The notes under the pieces were generated by a model. That model was given only the letters and a program-made list of their open reading frames with translations. It made no database searches and was not told where the DNA came from. From an uncultured Chloroflexia bacterium (GTDB taxonomy: Bacteria; Chloroflexota; Ktedonobacteria; Ktedonobacterales; JADMIN01), in assembly GCA_963718915.1 (NCBI GenBank), contig CAVRAI010000004.1, forward strand, positions 704,504-768,503: a stretch of 64,000 nucleotides of DNA, written 5' to 3'. The position numbers were made by a program, and so were the translations under genes. The first letter of the stretch is position 1. Every line of letters begins with the position of its first letter. Positions 18,323 through 28,149 of the stretch are shown in pieces.

Positions 18323-20092
18323 TCAGATGGCAAGTTCTGATCCACTGGAGTGCGGTGGAAGCCGATCTGCAAACGGCCCAGCGTGCAGCCGGGCACTAGC
18401 AAGATACCGCTCGACCTGACGCGCCTCTTCCGGGGCATCCCACCCAAGCTCTGGCCCGACAAGATGCGCTACCTCAGCCGCGATGCCTGTCCCACGCAGA
18501 TGGTCTTCGAGCGCGATATGCGTGCGCCGCTGCAGCACATCTTCCAGCGTCAATGCCATTTCCTCACGGCAGACGTAAAGCGTCTCGGCGCGAATATAGG
18601 GCAGGTCAGGAAGCAGGCGCGTGGTCAGACTATTATCCCGCTCGACGAGCGCCAGGACATCAAGCGCGTCGGCTCCATACGCGCCACCGAGATGGGCGAT
18701 GATATCGTCAGCCAGCCCCAGCGCTCGCCCGCGCGTTCGAACGAGTTGCCGCGCCTCGGCCCATCCGCCAGACCCGCGCAGCGTAAGTTTGAGCGTTGGG
18801 TGATTCATCTGCCGTTTTTCGCGACGGTCGATCCGATCCATGACATCCTGCGCCATGCGCCGGTAGGTAGTCATCTTGCCGCCGGAGACCGAGATCAGCC
18901 CGGCTTCGCTCACGACGACTTCATGAGAGCGTGAGAGACGCGCCAGTCTGCTGTTGCCGCGACGCACACGGAGGAGGGGACGATTACCAGCAAAACTAGT
19001 GAGGATATCGTCGCGTGTTACCTGTCGGCGCAGATAGCGGTTGAGGTGGTGAAGCAGGTAGTTGACGTCCTCATCGGTTGCCACAGGTCGCTCTATGTCG
19101 CGGACGGGCGTATCGGTGGTGCCCACTAGCGCGCGCGATTGCCACGGCACAATGAAGATGATGCGCCCATCCTCGGTTTCTGGCAGCACAATCGCCTCTT
19201 CATCGATCCCCAGCGTCGCGCGGTCGAAGACGAGGTGAACCCCCTTGCTCGGCGCGATGTGTAGCCCCGGCGCTTCCCCTGCCAGTCGCTCGATCTGCTC
19301 GGCCCACACTCCCGTCGCGTTGACAATGTGTCGCGCCCGGATGAGCCACTCGTTGCCCGTCGGGGTGAGCGAGTCGCGCACCCAGGCTCCAGTGATGCGC
19401 TCGCCATCATGCTCAAAGCGCACAGTCTCTGCGTAGTTGGCAACTTGCGCGCCGTGTGCTGCCGCCGTCCGCAGCACCGTTATCGTAAGCCGGGTATCGT
19501 CGGTGCTTGCGTCGTAGTAGATATAGCCGGTCTTGATGCCGTCGGGCCTTAATGACGAGGCGCGCTCTATTGTCTGTTCGCGTGAGAGACGGCGATGCTC
19601 GCCGACGTTCTCTTTCCCCGCGAGGACATCGTAGATCCAGAGGCCCGCGTCGAGAATGAATCCCAGACCGATACCGAACGGTGGCGCAATGGGCAGCCCG
19701 ACGGGGCGGCGTGAGGTGTCATAGAGGGGCAAGATGAATGCGAGTGGTTGAACCAGGTGAGGCGCGTTACGTAGCAGCCGTCCGCGCTCGATCAACGCCT
19801 CGCGTACCAGCGCAATATCGAACTCTGGCAGGTAGCGGATGCCGCCATGCACCAGCTTGGTGGACCAGCTACTTGTGCCGCTGGCGAAGTCGCCGCGCTC
19901 GACCAGTCCGACGCGATAGCCACGCGCCGCCGCATCCAGCGCGACACCCGCGCCGGTAATGCCGCCTCCGATGACCAGCACATCCAGCGGATCAGCCGCC
20001 ATGGCCTGGAGTGCTGCCTGCCGTCCCGTCTCTGCCTGCTCGACCATCGCCTGCTCCTGCCTAGACAACGCTCCCTCTCGCCCAAATTCCAT
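18323..20092 (-). CDS. glpD: FAD-dependent glycerol-3-phosphate dehydrogenase
   Basis: Contains DVLVIGGGITGAGVALDAAARGYRVGLVERGDFASGTSSWSTKLVHGGIRYL. The start may instead be the internal ATG 20047. Confidence 0.9.
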   Translation of the reverse strand: MEFGREGALSRQEQAMVEQAETGRQAALQAMAADPLDVLVIGGGITGAGVALDAAARGYRVGLVERGDFASGTSSWSTKLVHGGIRYLPEFDIALVREALIERGRLLRNAPHLVQPLAFILPLYDTSRRPVGLPIAPPFGIGLGFILDAGLWIYDVLAGKENVGEHRRLSREQTIERASSLRPDGIKTGYIYYDASTDDTRLTITVLRTAAAHGAQVANYAETVRFEHDGERITGAWVRDSLTPTGNEWLIRARHIVNATGVWAEQIERLAGEAPGLHIAPSKGVHLVFDRATLGIDEEAIVLPETEDGRIIFIVPWQSRALVGTTDTPVRDIERPVATDEDVNYLLHHLNRYLRRQVTRDDILTSFAGNRPLLRVRRGNSRLARLSRSHEVVVSEAGLISVSGGKMTTYRRMAQDVMDRIDRREKRQMNHPTLKLTLRGSGGWAEARQLVRTRGRALGLADDIIAHLGGAYGADALDVLALVERDNSLTTRLLPDLPYIRAETLYVCREEMALTLEDVLQRRTHIALEDHLRGTGIAAEVAHLVGPELGWDAPEEARQVERYLASARLHAGPFADRLPPHSSGSELAI

Positions 20093-20249
20093 CTACATAA
20101 TTTATCACAGGCAGGCTGACGCGCCTCAACGTTGCTGGGAAACATTTGTCGCTCAGGACGGCTCTATCCTGGCGAGATGGTATACTGCGCCAACTGCATC
20201 ATCGCGTGATGTAATTTCGACGGAATATCGTGACAGTATTGAGGAGGCC

Positions 20250-21593
20250 ATGCTGGAGACGACTCCGCAGATAGAAACGACTGCATATCAAGGCCCACGT
20301 TATGTCGTCGGCCGTTACCGCGTGCGGGTCGAGTCGCTGCTGCCCGATGGCCTGGCGCGCGGCGTCATCGTAGAAGTGATCGAGCCGCCAATTGAGGCTG
20401 ATTTTGCCGCCGTTCATGGTTCCGGGCGCGCCGTCGAGGCGCCGACTGAGTTCACTTTCATTGGTGGGCTGCCCGGCGAGATCGTAGACCTCGATGCACG
20501 GTGGAGTCTTCCGCGTCCAGGTCGCAAGCGGGCGAAGCGCGTGCCGCCGCCGCGGTTGCGGCTCATCGCTGTCGTTGCGCCCGCGCCAGAGCGCGCTACG
20601 CCGGGCTGTCCGGTCTTTGGCGAATGCGGTGGCTGCCAGCTTCAGCATATGGACTACGCATCGCAATTGACCTGGAAGCGAAATCGCGTCGTCGCCGCGC
20701 TGGATGCGGCAGGATTCAGCGACCCTCCAGTCGAGGCTGCCATCGGCTGCGACTCGCCTTGGGGCTATCGGAACCATATGCGCTTCTCTGTGAACTGGGA
20801 GGGGCAGCCTGGCCTGACCGCACGCGGCAGCCACCGGATTCTCCCGCTTACCGTCTGCCCGCTAGCGCATCCTTCCATCAATAGCGCGCTCGCCACCCTG
20901 GCAGCGGAACATCTGGCGCGTCCGCAGATCGTGATACGTTACGGCGTGGCGACAGGCCAAATGCTTGTCCAGCCTCAGCCCACTGGCGATGCTCTGAATC
21001 GCCTGCTGGCTGTGGGACTCGATGTGCGCGACGAGACCATCGAGGAGGAGATGGGCGGCGCGCGCTTTCGCATCCGCCCCAGTTCGTTCTTCCAGACGAA
21101 TACGGCGCAGGCGAACCGTATGGCGGCGCTCGTGCTCGACCAAATGCCCTCGGGGCCGGATGTGACGCTGGTGGACGCTTACTGTGGTGTAGGTGTGTTC
21201 GCCCGTTTGCTCGCGGAAAGCGCCGGAGCTGTACTTGCTATTGAGGAGTCAGCTAGCGCGATCCGTGACGCACGCTGGAACCTGCGCGGCTCACCCAATG
21301 TAGAGATTATCCAGGCGAAGGTGGAAGACGTGTTGCCAGGCATGACGCGTCGGCTGGATGGGCTGGTCATCGATCCGCCACGCGCTGGTTGCCAGCGTCC
21401 TGTACTGGATGCCTTGATTGCTCGCCACGTGCCGCGTGTCGTCTATGTCTCATGCAATCCTGATACCCTGGCGCGCGACCTCGCCATCCTATGCCTGCAT
21501 TCCGATGCCTATAGACTCGTTTCAGTGCAGCCGCTCGATATGTTCCCACAGACGGCGCACATTGAGAATATCGCCGTGCTGGAGGCTCGTTGA
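20250..21593 (+). CDS. 23S rRNA (uracil-C5)-methyltransferase, RlmD/TrmA family
   Basis: Fe-S cysteines CPVFGECGGCQLQH, SAM motif DAYCGVGVFA, and VYVSCNPDTLARD. Start is ATG 20250, preceded by GAGGAGG; the listed 19959 start would overlap glpD. Confidence 0.88.
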   Translation: MLETTPQIETTAYQGPRYVVGRYRVRVESLLPDGLARGVIVEVIEPPIEADFAAVHGSGRAVEAPTEFTFIGGLPGEIVDLDARWSLPRPGRKRAKRVPPPRLRLIAVVAPAPERATPGCPVFGECGGCQLQHMDYASQLTWKRNRVVAALDAAGFSDPPVEAAIGCDSPWGYRNHMRFSVNWEGQPGLTARGSHRILPLTVCPLAHPSINSALATLAAEHLARPQIVIRYGVATGQMLVQPQPTGDALNRLLAVGLDVRDETIEEEMGGARFRIRPSSFFQTNTAQANRMAALVLDQMPSGPDVTLVDAYCGVGVFARLLAESAGAVLAIEESASAIRDARWNLRGSPNVEIIQAKVEDVLPGMTRRLDGLVIDPPRAGCQRPVLDALIARHVPRVVYVSCNPDTLARDLAILCLHSDAYRLVSVQPLDMFPQTAHIENIAVLEAR

Positions 21594-22327
21594 TGACCTG
21601 TTCGCCCATGCCCCTGTATCTTGCCTCGGCCTCGCCACGTCGCAGCGAGCTGCTCACCCGCGCTGGCATCGCATTCGAGCGCCTGCTCGTGCCAGTTGAC
21701 GAGGATGCTCTCTCCGCAAGTTATATGGGGCCGTTGGAGCGGCTCGGCGAATATCTGGCCCGTGAAAAAGCGTTGGCGGCCTTGCATGCGCTTGCTCAGT
21801 CGGGGCGGCAGGGCAGAGTGCTTGCCTCGGATACAACGGTGCTGCTCGATGGCCGCTCACTGGCAAAGCCACGCGATCTGGCAGAGGCAGAGGCGATGCT
21901 GCGCATGTTGCGCGGACGCGAGCATATCGTGGCGACGGGTGTCGCTCTGGCGGGTGATGATCCCGAGAGTATCGTCTCGGCAACCTCAGCAACACGTGTG
22001 CTTATGCGCGAGTTCAGCGATGCTGAGATCGCCGCCTATGTGGCGACAGGGGATCCACTGGACAAAGCGGGCGCATATTCGATCCAACATCCAGACTTCT
22101 CGCCGGTAGAGCGGTTCATCGGCTGCCATCTCGGCGTTATTGGGCTGCCGGTCTGCCTGGTTGGGGCGCTACTCGGCCAGTGGCCAACAGACATGTTAGT
22201 CGCCGAAACGTCCTCAACCGCTTCGCCGCTCTGCTCCTGGTCGGCCACGTGCTCGGCGCCACTCCCGGCGGCCGCATCTATCCGACGGATGCCCACCATA
22301 CCGAAAAAAGCCAGCGAGACACCATGA
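21593..22327 (+). CDS. maf: Maf-family nucleoside triphosphate pyrophosphatase
   Basis: Contains LYLASASPRRSELL and DKAGAYSIQ. The ATG overlaps the rlmD-like stop (TGATG), with GGAGG 7 nt upstream. The C-terminal ~45 aa are longer than usual for Maf. Confidence 0.85.
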   Translation: MTCSPMPLYLASASPRRSELLTRAGIAFERLLVPVDEDALSASYMGPLERLGEYLAREKALAALHALAQSGRQGRVLASDTTVLLDGRSLAKPRDLAEAEAMLRMLRGREHIVATGVALAGDDPESIVSATSATRVLMREFSDAEIAAYVATGDPLDKAGAYSIQHPDFSPVERFIGCHLGVIGLPVCLVGALLGQWPTDMLVAETSSTASPLCSWSATCSAPLPAAASIRRMPTIPKKASETP

Positions 22328-23298
22328 GCGGGCAGCCTGTGCGCGGGCGCTACGCTCCATCGCCGACGGGCGCGCTACATCTGGGCAACCTGCGAACTGC
22401 GCTGCTTGCCTGGCTTTTTGTCCGTGCGGCTGGTGGAAGATTTGTGTTGCGGATCGAAGACCTTGATCTGCCGCGTACCCGTCGGGGCGCCGCCCAGACG
22501 ATGCTGGCCGATTTGCGGTGGCTCGGTCTTGACTGGGATGAGGGGCCGGATGTTGGTGGGCCGTTCGGGCCGTATCGTCAGAGTATGCGCCAGGCTCTTT
22601 ATGACGAGGCGATTGCCCGACTGCGAGAAAAAGGGTTGCTCTATCCGTGCTATTGCACGCGCGCCGAGCTGGCACAGATTGCGAGCGCGCCGCAAGGGGA
22701 TGAAGGCCCACGCTATCCTGGTATCTGCCGTCATCTCACCGCGAAGGAACGCGCGGCGCGTGAGGCGTCTGGTCGGCGGCCAGCATGGCGATTCATCGCT
22801 CCCGAATCGTCGATCCAGTTCGATGACTTGCTATCTGGAACGATCTCCGAGTCGGTTGCCGCTACAGTTGGGGACTTCGTCGTACGCAGAAGCGACGGTA
22901 TTGTATCCTACCAACTGGCGGTCGTTGTTGACGACTCGCTGATGGCGATGACTCAGGTTGTTCGAGGCGCCGACTTGCTGGCTTCCACTGCTCGCCAGCT
23001 TGCCCTCTATGATGCGCTGGGATACGCGCGCCCGAGGGAGTACGCGCATGTTCCGTTGATGTTGGATGCTGCAGGCGTGAGATTAGCCAAACGCGATGCT
23101 GCCGCTGGTCTGGATGCATTGCGGGCGGCAGGATTGGCGCCGAGTCAGGTTCTGGCGTCGCTCGCCGCGAGTTGTGGCCTGTATCCTGCAGAAACGTCTA
23201 CTACACCTGCGAATCTGTTGGCCGCGTTTGATCCCTTACGCCTCAACGGATACCAGACGCCTATACGCCTTCCTTACCAAGCGCGAGAGACATCATAA
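22324..23298 (+). CDS. gluQ: tRNA glutamyl-Q(34) synthetase (GluQRS)
   Basis: Start is ATG 22324, overlapping the maf stop (ATGA). Contains RYAPSPTGALHLGNLRTALLAW, Zn-site-like YPCYCTRAE...YPGICRHL, and a truncated GluRS-like size (324 aa). Confidence 0.88.
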   Translation: MSGQPVRGRYAPSPTGALHLGNLRTALLAWLFVRAAGGRFVLRIEDLDLPRTRRGAAQTMLADLRWLGLDWDEGPDVGGPFGPYRQSMRQALYDEAIARLREKGLLYPCYCTRAELAQIASAPQGDEGPRYPGICRHLTAKERAAREASGRRPAWRFIAPESSIQFDDLLSGTISESVAATVGDFVVRRSDGIVSYQLAVVVDDSLMAMTQVVRGADLLASTARQLALYDALGYARPREYAHVPLMLDAAGVRLAKRDAAAGLDALRAAGLAPSQVLASLAASCGLYPAETSTTPANLLAAFDPLRLNGYQTPIRLPYQARETS

Positions 23299-23376
23299 AC
23301 GAGTATTGTCTCATCTTCGCACCGTCATGCTCCTAGCGACCGATGCGCCTGTTAGCATTCTGGAAGGAAGCTGCTC

Positions 23377-24111
23377 GTGGATCCATCTCTCGGTGAACAA
23401 CCCACCATGGCTGACGAAGAGGGAGCGTTTATCCGCTTCCTCGATATCGCTGGCCATGACCTGCGGAATCCAATCGCGGTGCTCAAGAGCCACGTCCAGC
23501 TATTGCAGCGGCGTCTGAAACGAGAGGGTGGCCGCGCCGATGATATGCGTGACCTCGGCCGAATGGCGTTTCAGATCGAGCGTTTGACTGTTCGGCTTGA
23601 CACGTACCTGGAGGCGGCGCGCATTGCACAGGGTCAATTCAGTCTTCAGCCCGATGCAACCGCAACGGATCTGGTCGCGATAACTCAGCGGTTAGTCTCG
23701 GTTTATGGGATGGCGAGCCGCGCGCATACCGTGATGTTTGAGATGCCTGATAAGCTGGTGGTCGCCAGATGGGATGCGTCACGAGTGGAGTTGGCGCTCG
23801 GGAACCTGTTGTCGAATGCGCTCAAGTACAGTCTCAGGGGGAATGTTCAGGTGCGGATAAGGCGCGATCCGTCAGAGGCGCACATTAGCGTGACGGATTC
23901 AGGCATCGGGGTGCCTGAAGGCGAGGAAGACACCATCTTCAACGCTTATACCCATGGCTCGAACGTTGAGAACCCAGGAGTGGGTCTGGGATTATACGTT
24001 GCGCGTGAGATTGTGCATGGTCATGGCGGCGAGATTGGGGTCACTTCGCCACAAGGAGGAGGCGCCACATTCTGGTTTACCTTACCACTAGCAGGTATCG
24101 CGGCAGACTGA
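23377..24111 (+). CDS. Soluble sensor histidine kinase (HisKA + HATPase_c only)
   Basis: H-box FLDIAGHDLRNPIAVLKS, N-box LLSNALKYS and G-boxes DSGIGV / GVGLGLYVAREIV. No TM segment, and no adjacent response regulator. Confidence 0.85.
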   Translation: MDPSLGEQPTMADEEGAFIRFLDIAGHDLRNPIAVLKSHVQLLQRRLKREGGRADDMRDLGRMAFQIERLTVRLDTYLEAARIAQGQFSLQPDATATDLVAITQRLVSVYGMASRAHTVMFEMPDKLVVARWDASRVELALGNLLSNALKYSLRGNVQVRIRRDPSEAHISVTDSGIGVPEGEEDTIFNAYTHGSNVENPGVGLGLYVAREIVHGHGGEIGVTSPQGGGATFWFTLPLAGIAAD

Positions 24112-24133
24112 ATTGATGCGCGGGACTCTGGCT

Positions 24134-25450
24134 CTATTTGAGCGAGGGAAGGCTAAAGAGTTCTTCAGGCGCGTCAGATGGCACGATCACAGTCAGCGCA
24201 AGCGGCGCGATGCTGAACGTCATGGGCAGCTTGCCTATTAGCTCACCATCTACCTGTACAGGCAGGGGATCGTCGGCCTCAACGCGAATATTGCGCGCCC
24301 GTTCGTACCGTACGCGCGGGCCACGCCGCGGACGCCGCAGAAATGCATTGCGCAGGACGCCCATCCGATAGATCAGACCGCCGCCTCCCACGGTGACGAT
24401 ATCCAGCAAGCCGTCATCCGCGACGGCGTGGCGGGTGAATGTGAGTGCGCCGCCATAGAGGCGTGTGTTGCCGACCACGAGCATGAGCGACGAGATCTCT
24501 CGCCGTTTGCCGTCATGCTTGATACGCACCAGCACAGGCTTATGCGTGACGCCCAGCACTCCCACCGTGGTCAAATAGTCCAGCATCTTCAGCCCAACGC
24601 GCTTGAGCACGCTTCGTTCGACCCTTTGCGCGACCTCGGCGTCGAATCCGACGCCAGCCATCATCAGGAAGTAGCGATTTCCCGCGCGTCCCAGGTCTAC
24701 CCGCCGACGCACGCCATAGAGCAGAACGCGCGCCGCGTCGGGCAGACTCAGCGGAATACGTGTTTCGCGCGCCCAGACATTCACCGTGCCGAGCGGCAGT
24801 ATGCCGAGCGCCGTTGAGTGGCCTGCTAGCTCTTGAATGATCTCGTTGATCGTGCCATCGCCCCCAGCGGCAATCACCATCTCCATGCCTGTGCGTACAG
24901 CTTCGCGAGCCAGAACGGACGCATGTCCAGGCCGCTCGGTCAGACAGACCTCGACAGGAAGGCCGGCGTCAGTGAGCGCTGCGGCTACCTGATTGAGCTG
25001 ATTGAGGGCCAGAGGCATTCGTAGAGTGCCTGAGCGTGGGTTGGCGATGATACGCGCGCGTGGACGAGCGCTATCGTCGTCGTCCTCCTGCGTATCATGT
25101 TTGCGCCGTGTCGGAGCAGGTAAGACATAATACGCGAGGCGGGCTATCGCGCTCATACGGCGCAGCGTTGTGGGTCTGGTCAGCGCCAGTGGGCGGCGCA
25201 GCCGCTCGCGCCATTCGAGCATATGCAGCCCAATCACACTCACGTTGGTAACAGCGCGGATGCGCGGTGAGTTCCAGAGGGAGCGCCAGCCATCCGCCAC
25301 GGAATGCCAGAATGCATGCCAGCTTTTCGTGGGGAGGGATGAGGAGGAAGAGGTGGAGACCCGAGGGCTACCATCCATGACGCATCCTCCTGCCAGCCGT
25401 ATGGGGCGCGCCTGCGAACGCCGAGCGGCCGTCTGGTTGGAGAGAGACAT
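24134..25450 (-). CDS. Diacylglycerol/lipid kinase family protein (YegS/DAGK_cat)
   Basis: Contains RIIANPRSG, AAGGDGTINEI and GILPLGTVN. The ~130-aa N-terminal extension is uncertain, and an internal start is possible. Confidence 0.8.
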   Translation of the reverse strand: MSLSNQTAARRSQARPIRLAGGCVMDGSPRVSTSSSSSLPTKSWHAFWHSVADGWRSLWNSPRIRAVTNVSVIGLHMLEWRERLRRPLALTRPTTLRRMSAIARLAYYVLPAPTRRKHDTQEDDDDSARPRARIIANPRSGTLRMPLALNQLNQVAAALTDAGLPVEVCLTERPGHASVLAREAVRTGMEMVIAAGGDGTINEIIQELAGHSTALGILPLGTVNVWARETRIPLSLPDAARVLLYGVRRRVDLGRAGNRYFLMMAGVGFDAEVAQRVERSVLKRVGLKMLDYLTTVGVLGVTHKPVLVRIKHDGKRREISSLMLVVGNTRLYGGALTFTRHAVADDGLLDIVTVGGGGLIYRMGVLRNAFLRRPRRGPRVRYERARNIRVEADDPLPVQVDGELIGKLPMTFSIAPLALTVIVPSDAPEELFSLPSLK

Positions 25451-25500
25451 GACTCGCCGCTATGTATAGTATTACGAGGCGGCAGCCTCAAAAGTTGCCA

Positions 25501-28149
25501 TTAGCTGATGCGCGGAACGCGTGCGAGCAGTTCCGAAGTCACTTCATATGCGATGGTTCCCAGGTTGCGAGCGACCTCGTCGGCTGTCAATTCATCCTCT
25601 CCCTGGCGTCCGATGAGCACAACTTCGTCTCCCTGGCGCACGCCGGGGATGTGGGTGACATCGATCATGCACTGGTCCATGCAGACGCGGCCCACTAGTG
25701 GCGCGCGCGCTCCGCGAACGAGCACCTCGCCCCAGTTCGCGGGGGCACGACGGAATCCATCAGCGTAGCCCACTGGCAGCACGGCAATACGTGTCGGCGC
25801 GGTGGTGGTGTATGTCGCGCCATAGCTGACGCCTTCGCCCGCGGGAACATCTTTCACCTGCGCCACCTGTGTTTTGAACGCCAGCGACGGGTGAAATCCT
25901 TCGGGCAGGCGCATCTCGTCGGAGGGTGAGAGTCCATAGATGGCGATGCCAGGGCGTACCATGTCATAGCGCGACTGCGGCAGTGCGAGCGCCGCCGCGC
26001 TGTTTGCCGCGTGAACTATCGGCGGACGCAAGCCATGCGCATCAAGCGCAGCCAGCACCTGCTCGAAGCGGTCAAGCTGGCGCATAGCATAGGTCTGGTC
26101 GGCAGCGTCGGCGGTGGCGAAATGGGTAAAAATGCCCTCGAAGATGAGTCCTGGCAACGAGCGCACCTCATCACAGAAGCGGACGATTCCATCGACGTCC
26201 TCCGCGCGCAGACCAAGTCGCGCCATGCCAGTATCTACCTTGACATGGACAGGGATCTGTCCATTCAGATCGGTGGCCGCCTGCGAGAGCGCGCGTGCCA
26301 GATCCGGCGCAAAGAGCGTCGCCCGCAGATTCATGCGCACCGCTTCCCGCGCCTGCCACGGGGCGATGTAGCCGAAGACGAGGATAGGTACGTCGAGACC
26401 GGCGCGCCGGAGCGGTTCTGCTTCGCTGACGGTAGCAACGCCCAGCCACTCCGCCCCATTGCGCACAACGGTTCGAGCGACCCGTAAAGCGCCGTGGCCG
26501 TAGGCGTCGGCTTTCAGGCTGACCAGCAGCCGCACATCCGGCCCCACGATCTGCTTGAAGAGTTGGGTATTCTTGCCTATCGCGCTCAGGTCAATCTCCA
26601 GCCATGTGGGACGATCTGGTCGCATCACGACGATACGTCGCCATGCTTGTGTCTGGCGATCAAGCATGTCTTCGGCGCGGCGCGGATCGGCGAGCAATAG
26701 CGCTGTGACTTTCTCCATGCGCATCTCTTCCGACCCTTTGATATAGACTAGCGGCGCGGCAGTGCTCGACTCACTGGCGTGGCGTGCGAACGCGAGCACG
26801 GCGGTGGCGCAATCTTCGGGCGCATGCGCGATTGTGATATGGCTGGCGTCCATCCCACCTTTCAAAGCCGATGCGGCAATGCGCTCCGCCCGCAGGCCCT
26901 GAGTGATGAGGTAGTCGGCGTGGTGGGCGGCAGCGACGCCAAGTTGATCGTGCGCCCGCCGTTCGCTGGCGCCGAGCCCCAGCATGTCGCCCATCACGGC
27001 AATCGTCGGCGCGTGTTCGTGCTGGTGGTGCGCCAGTACGGCGAGCGTTGCCAGACCTGCGGTGGCGCTCTCGGGGGTGGCATTGTGCGAGTCGTCGATG
27101 ATGCGTAGGCCTTGCGTTCCAGGCAGTAGCCGCATTCGGCCCGGTAGGGGTTGCAGCAGAGAGAGTGTTGCAAGCGCCTGCTCGCGCGGAATACCGAGCG
27201 CAAGCGCAACTGTTAGCGTCGCCAGTACAATCGTAGCCCAGGCGTCGCCATGCAGGTGTGGAAAGCTCAGCAAAGTCTTGTCGCTGATAGGTTCATCGAT
27301 TGATTCGAATATCAGGCCGTCGCCACTATGTTGTGCGAGTGGCTGAACGCGCAGGTGGATTGGCCGCTCGACGGTGGTACTGTTGCCGAAGAAGAGAGTC
27401 CTGGCGTTCGTACGAGTGGCCATAGAGCGTACTCGCGGATCGTCGGCGTTAAGAACGGCCAGCCCGTCGACTGGAAGCGAGGCAGGAAGCTCCGTCAGTT
27501 CCTCGGCGAGCCGCGCGATTGTACCGAAATACTGGAGATGCGATGCGCCAATGTTTGTGACGACGCCGATGCGCGGCAGAGTAAGCGTGCAGAGCTGGCG
27601 GATTTCGCCAGGGTGATCGGCGCCCATCTCCAGCACAGCATAACGATGGGACGGCTCCAATCGGCCGAGGGAAAGCGGCAGCCCCAGGGCATCGTTATAG
27701 TTGCGCCACGAGCGGAATGTTGGCGCCTGGAGGCCAAGCACATCGGCAATTGCCTCTTTGCAGGTGGTCTTGCCGGTTGCCCCGGTGACGGCGATGACCT
27801 CGGGATGCCAACGGGCCAGAATATACTGGGCGTATTGGCGAAGCGCCAACCGGGTATCGGGTACGATGAGCAGGGTCGCTCCAGTCGAGGTAAGATCTGC
27901 CAGAAGCTCAGGTCGGGTCTCGCGCAGGGTATCTAGCCAGCCACGTTCCAACAGCGCCGCGGCGGCTCCACGTTCCAGTGCATCGGTAGCGAATTCGTGA
28001 CCATCACCATGCATCCCATGAACCGCGACGAAGCAGTCGCCAGGCGCTACAACACGCGAGTCATGCGCGAATCCTTCAAAAGTGGTGTGGGCGCCAGCTT
28101 GTAGCACATCTGCGTTGGTTGCGCATATCAGATCGTCGAGGGGAATCAT
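25501..28149 (-). CDS. murF: Bifunctional UDP-MurNAc-tripeptide:D-Ala-D-Ala ligase (MurF) / alanine racemase (Alr) fusion
   Basis: 882 aa. The N-terminal half is MurF (DSRVVAPGDCFVAVHG..DGHEF, VTGATGKTTCKE). The C-terminal half is Alr (WLEIDLSAIGKN, PLP-Lys motif VSLKADAYGHGA, GEGVSYGATY). Confidence 0.9.
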   Translation of the reverse strand: MIPLDDLICATNADVLQAGAHTTFEGFAHDSRVVAPGDCFVAVHGMHGDGHEFATDALERGAAAALLERGWLDTLRETRPELLADLTSTGATLLIVPDTRLALRQYAQYILARWHPEVIAVTGATGKTTCKEAIADVLGLQAPTFRSWRNYNDALGLPLSLGRLEPSHRYAVLEMGADHPGEIRQLCTLTLPRIGVVTNIGASHLQYFGTIARLAEELTELPASLPVDGLAVLNADDPRVRSMATRTNARTLFFGNSTTVERPIHLRVQPLAQHSGDGLIFESIDEPISDKTLLSFPHLHGDAWATIVLATLTVALALGIPREQALATLSLLQPLPGRMRLLPGTQGLRIIDDSHNATPESATAGLATLAVLAHHQHEHAPTIAVMGDMLGLGASERRAHDQLGVAAAHHADYLITQGLRAERIAASALKGGMDASHITIAHAPEDCATAVLAFARHASESSTAAPLVYIKGSEEMRMEKVTALLLADPRRAEDMLDRQTQAWRRIVVMRPDRPTWLEIDLSAIGKNTQLFKQIVGPDVRLLVSLKADAYGHGALRVARTVVRNGAEWLGVATVSEAEPLRRAGLDVPILVFGYIAPWQAREAVRMNLRATLFAPDLARALSQAATDLNGQIPVHVKVDTGMARLGLRAEDVDGIVRFCDEVRSLPGLIFEGIFTHFATADAADQTYAMRQLDRFEQVLAALDAHGLRPPIVHAANSAAALALPQSRYDMVRPGIAIYGLSPSDEMRLPEGFHPSLAFKTQVAQVKDVPAGEGVSYGATYTTTAPTRIAVLPVGYADGFRRAPANWGEVLVRGARAPLVGRVCMDQCMIDVTHIPGVRQGDEVVLIGRQGEDELTADEVARNLGTIAYEVTSELLARVPRIS

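Noticed and set aside
19959-20249. Upstream 97 codons of the rlmD-like ORF
   Set aside because: They overlap the 5' end of glpD on the other strand. A strong GAGGAGG-ATG start at 20250 gives a protein with a normal TRAM-domain N-terminus.
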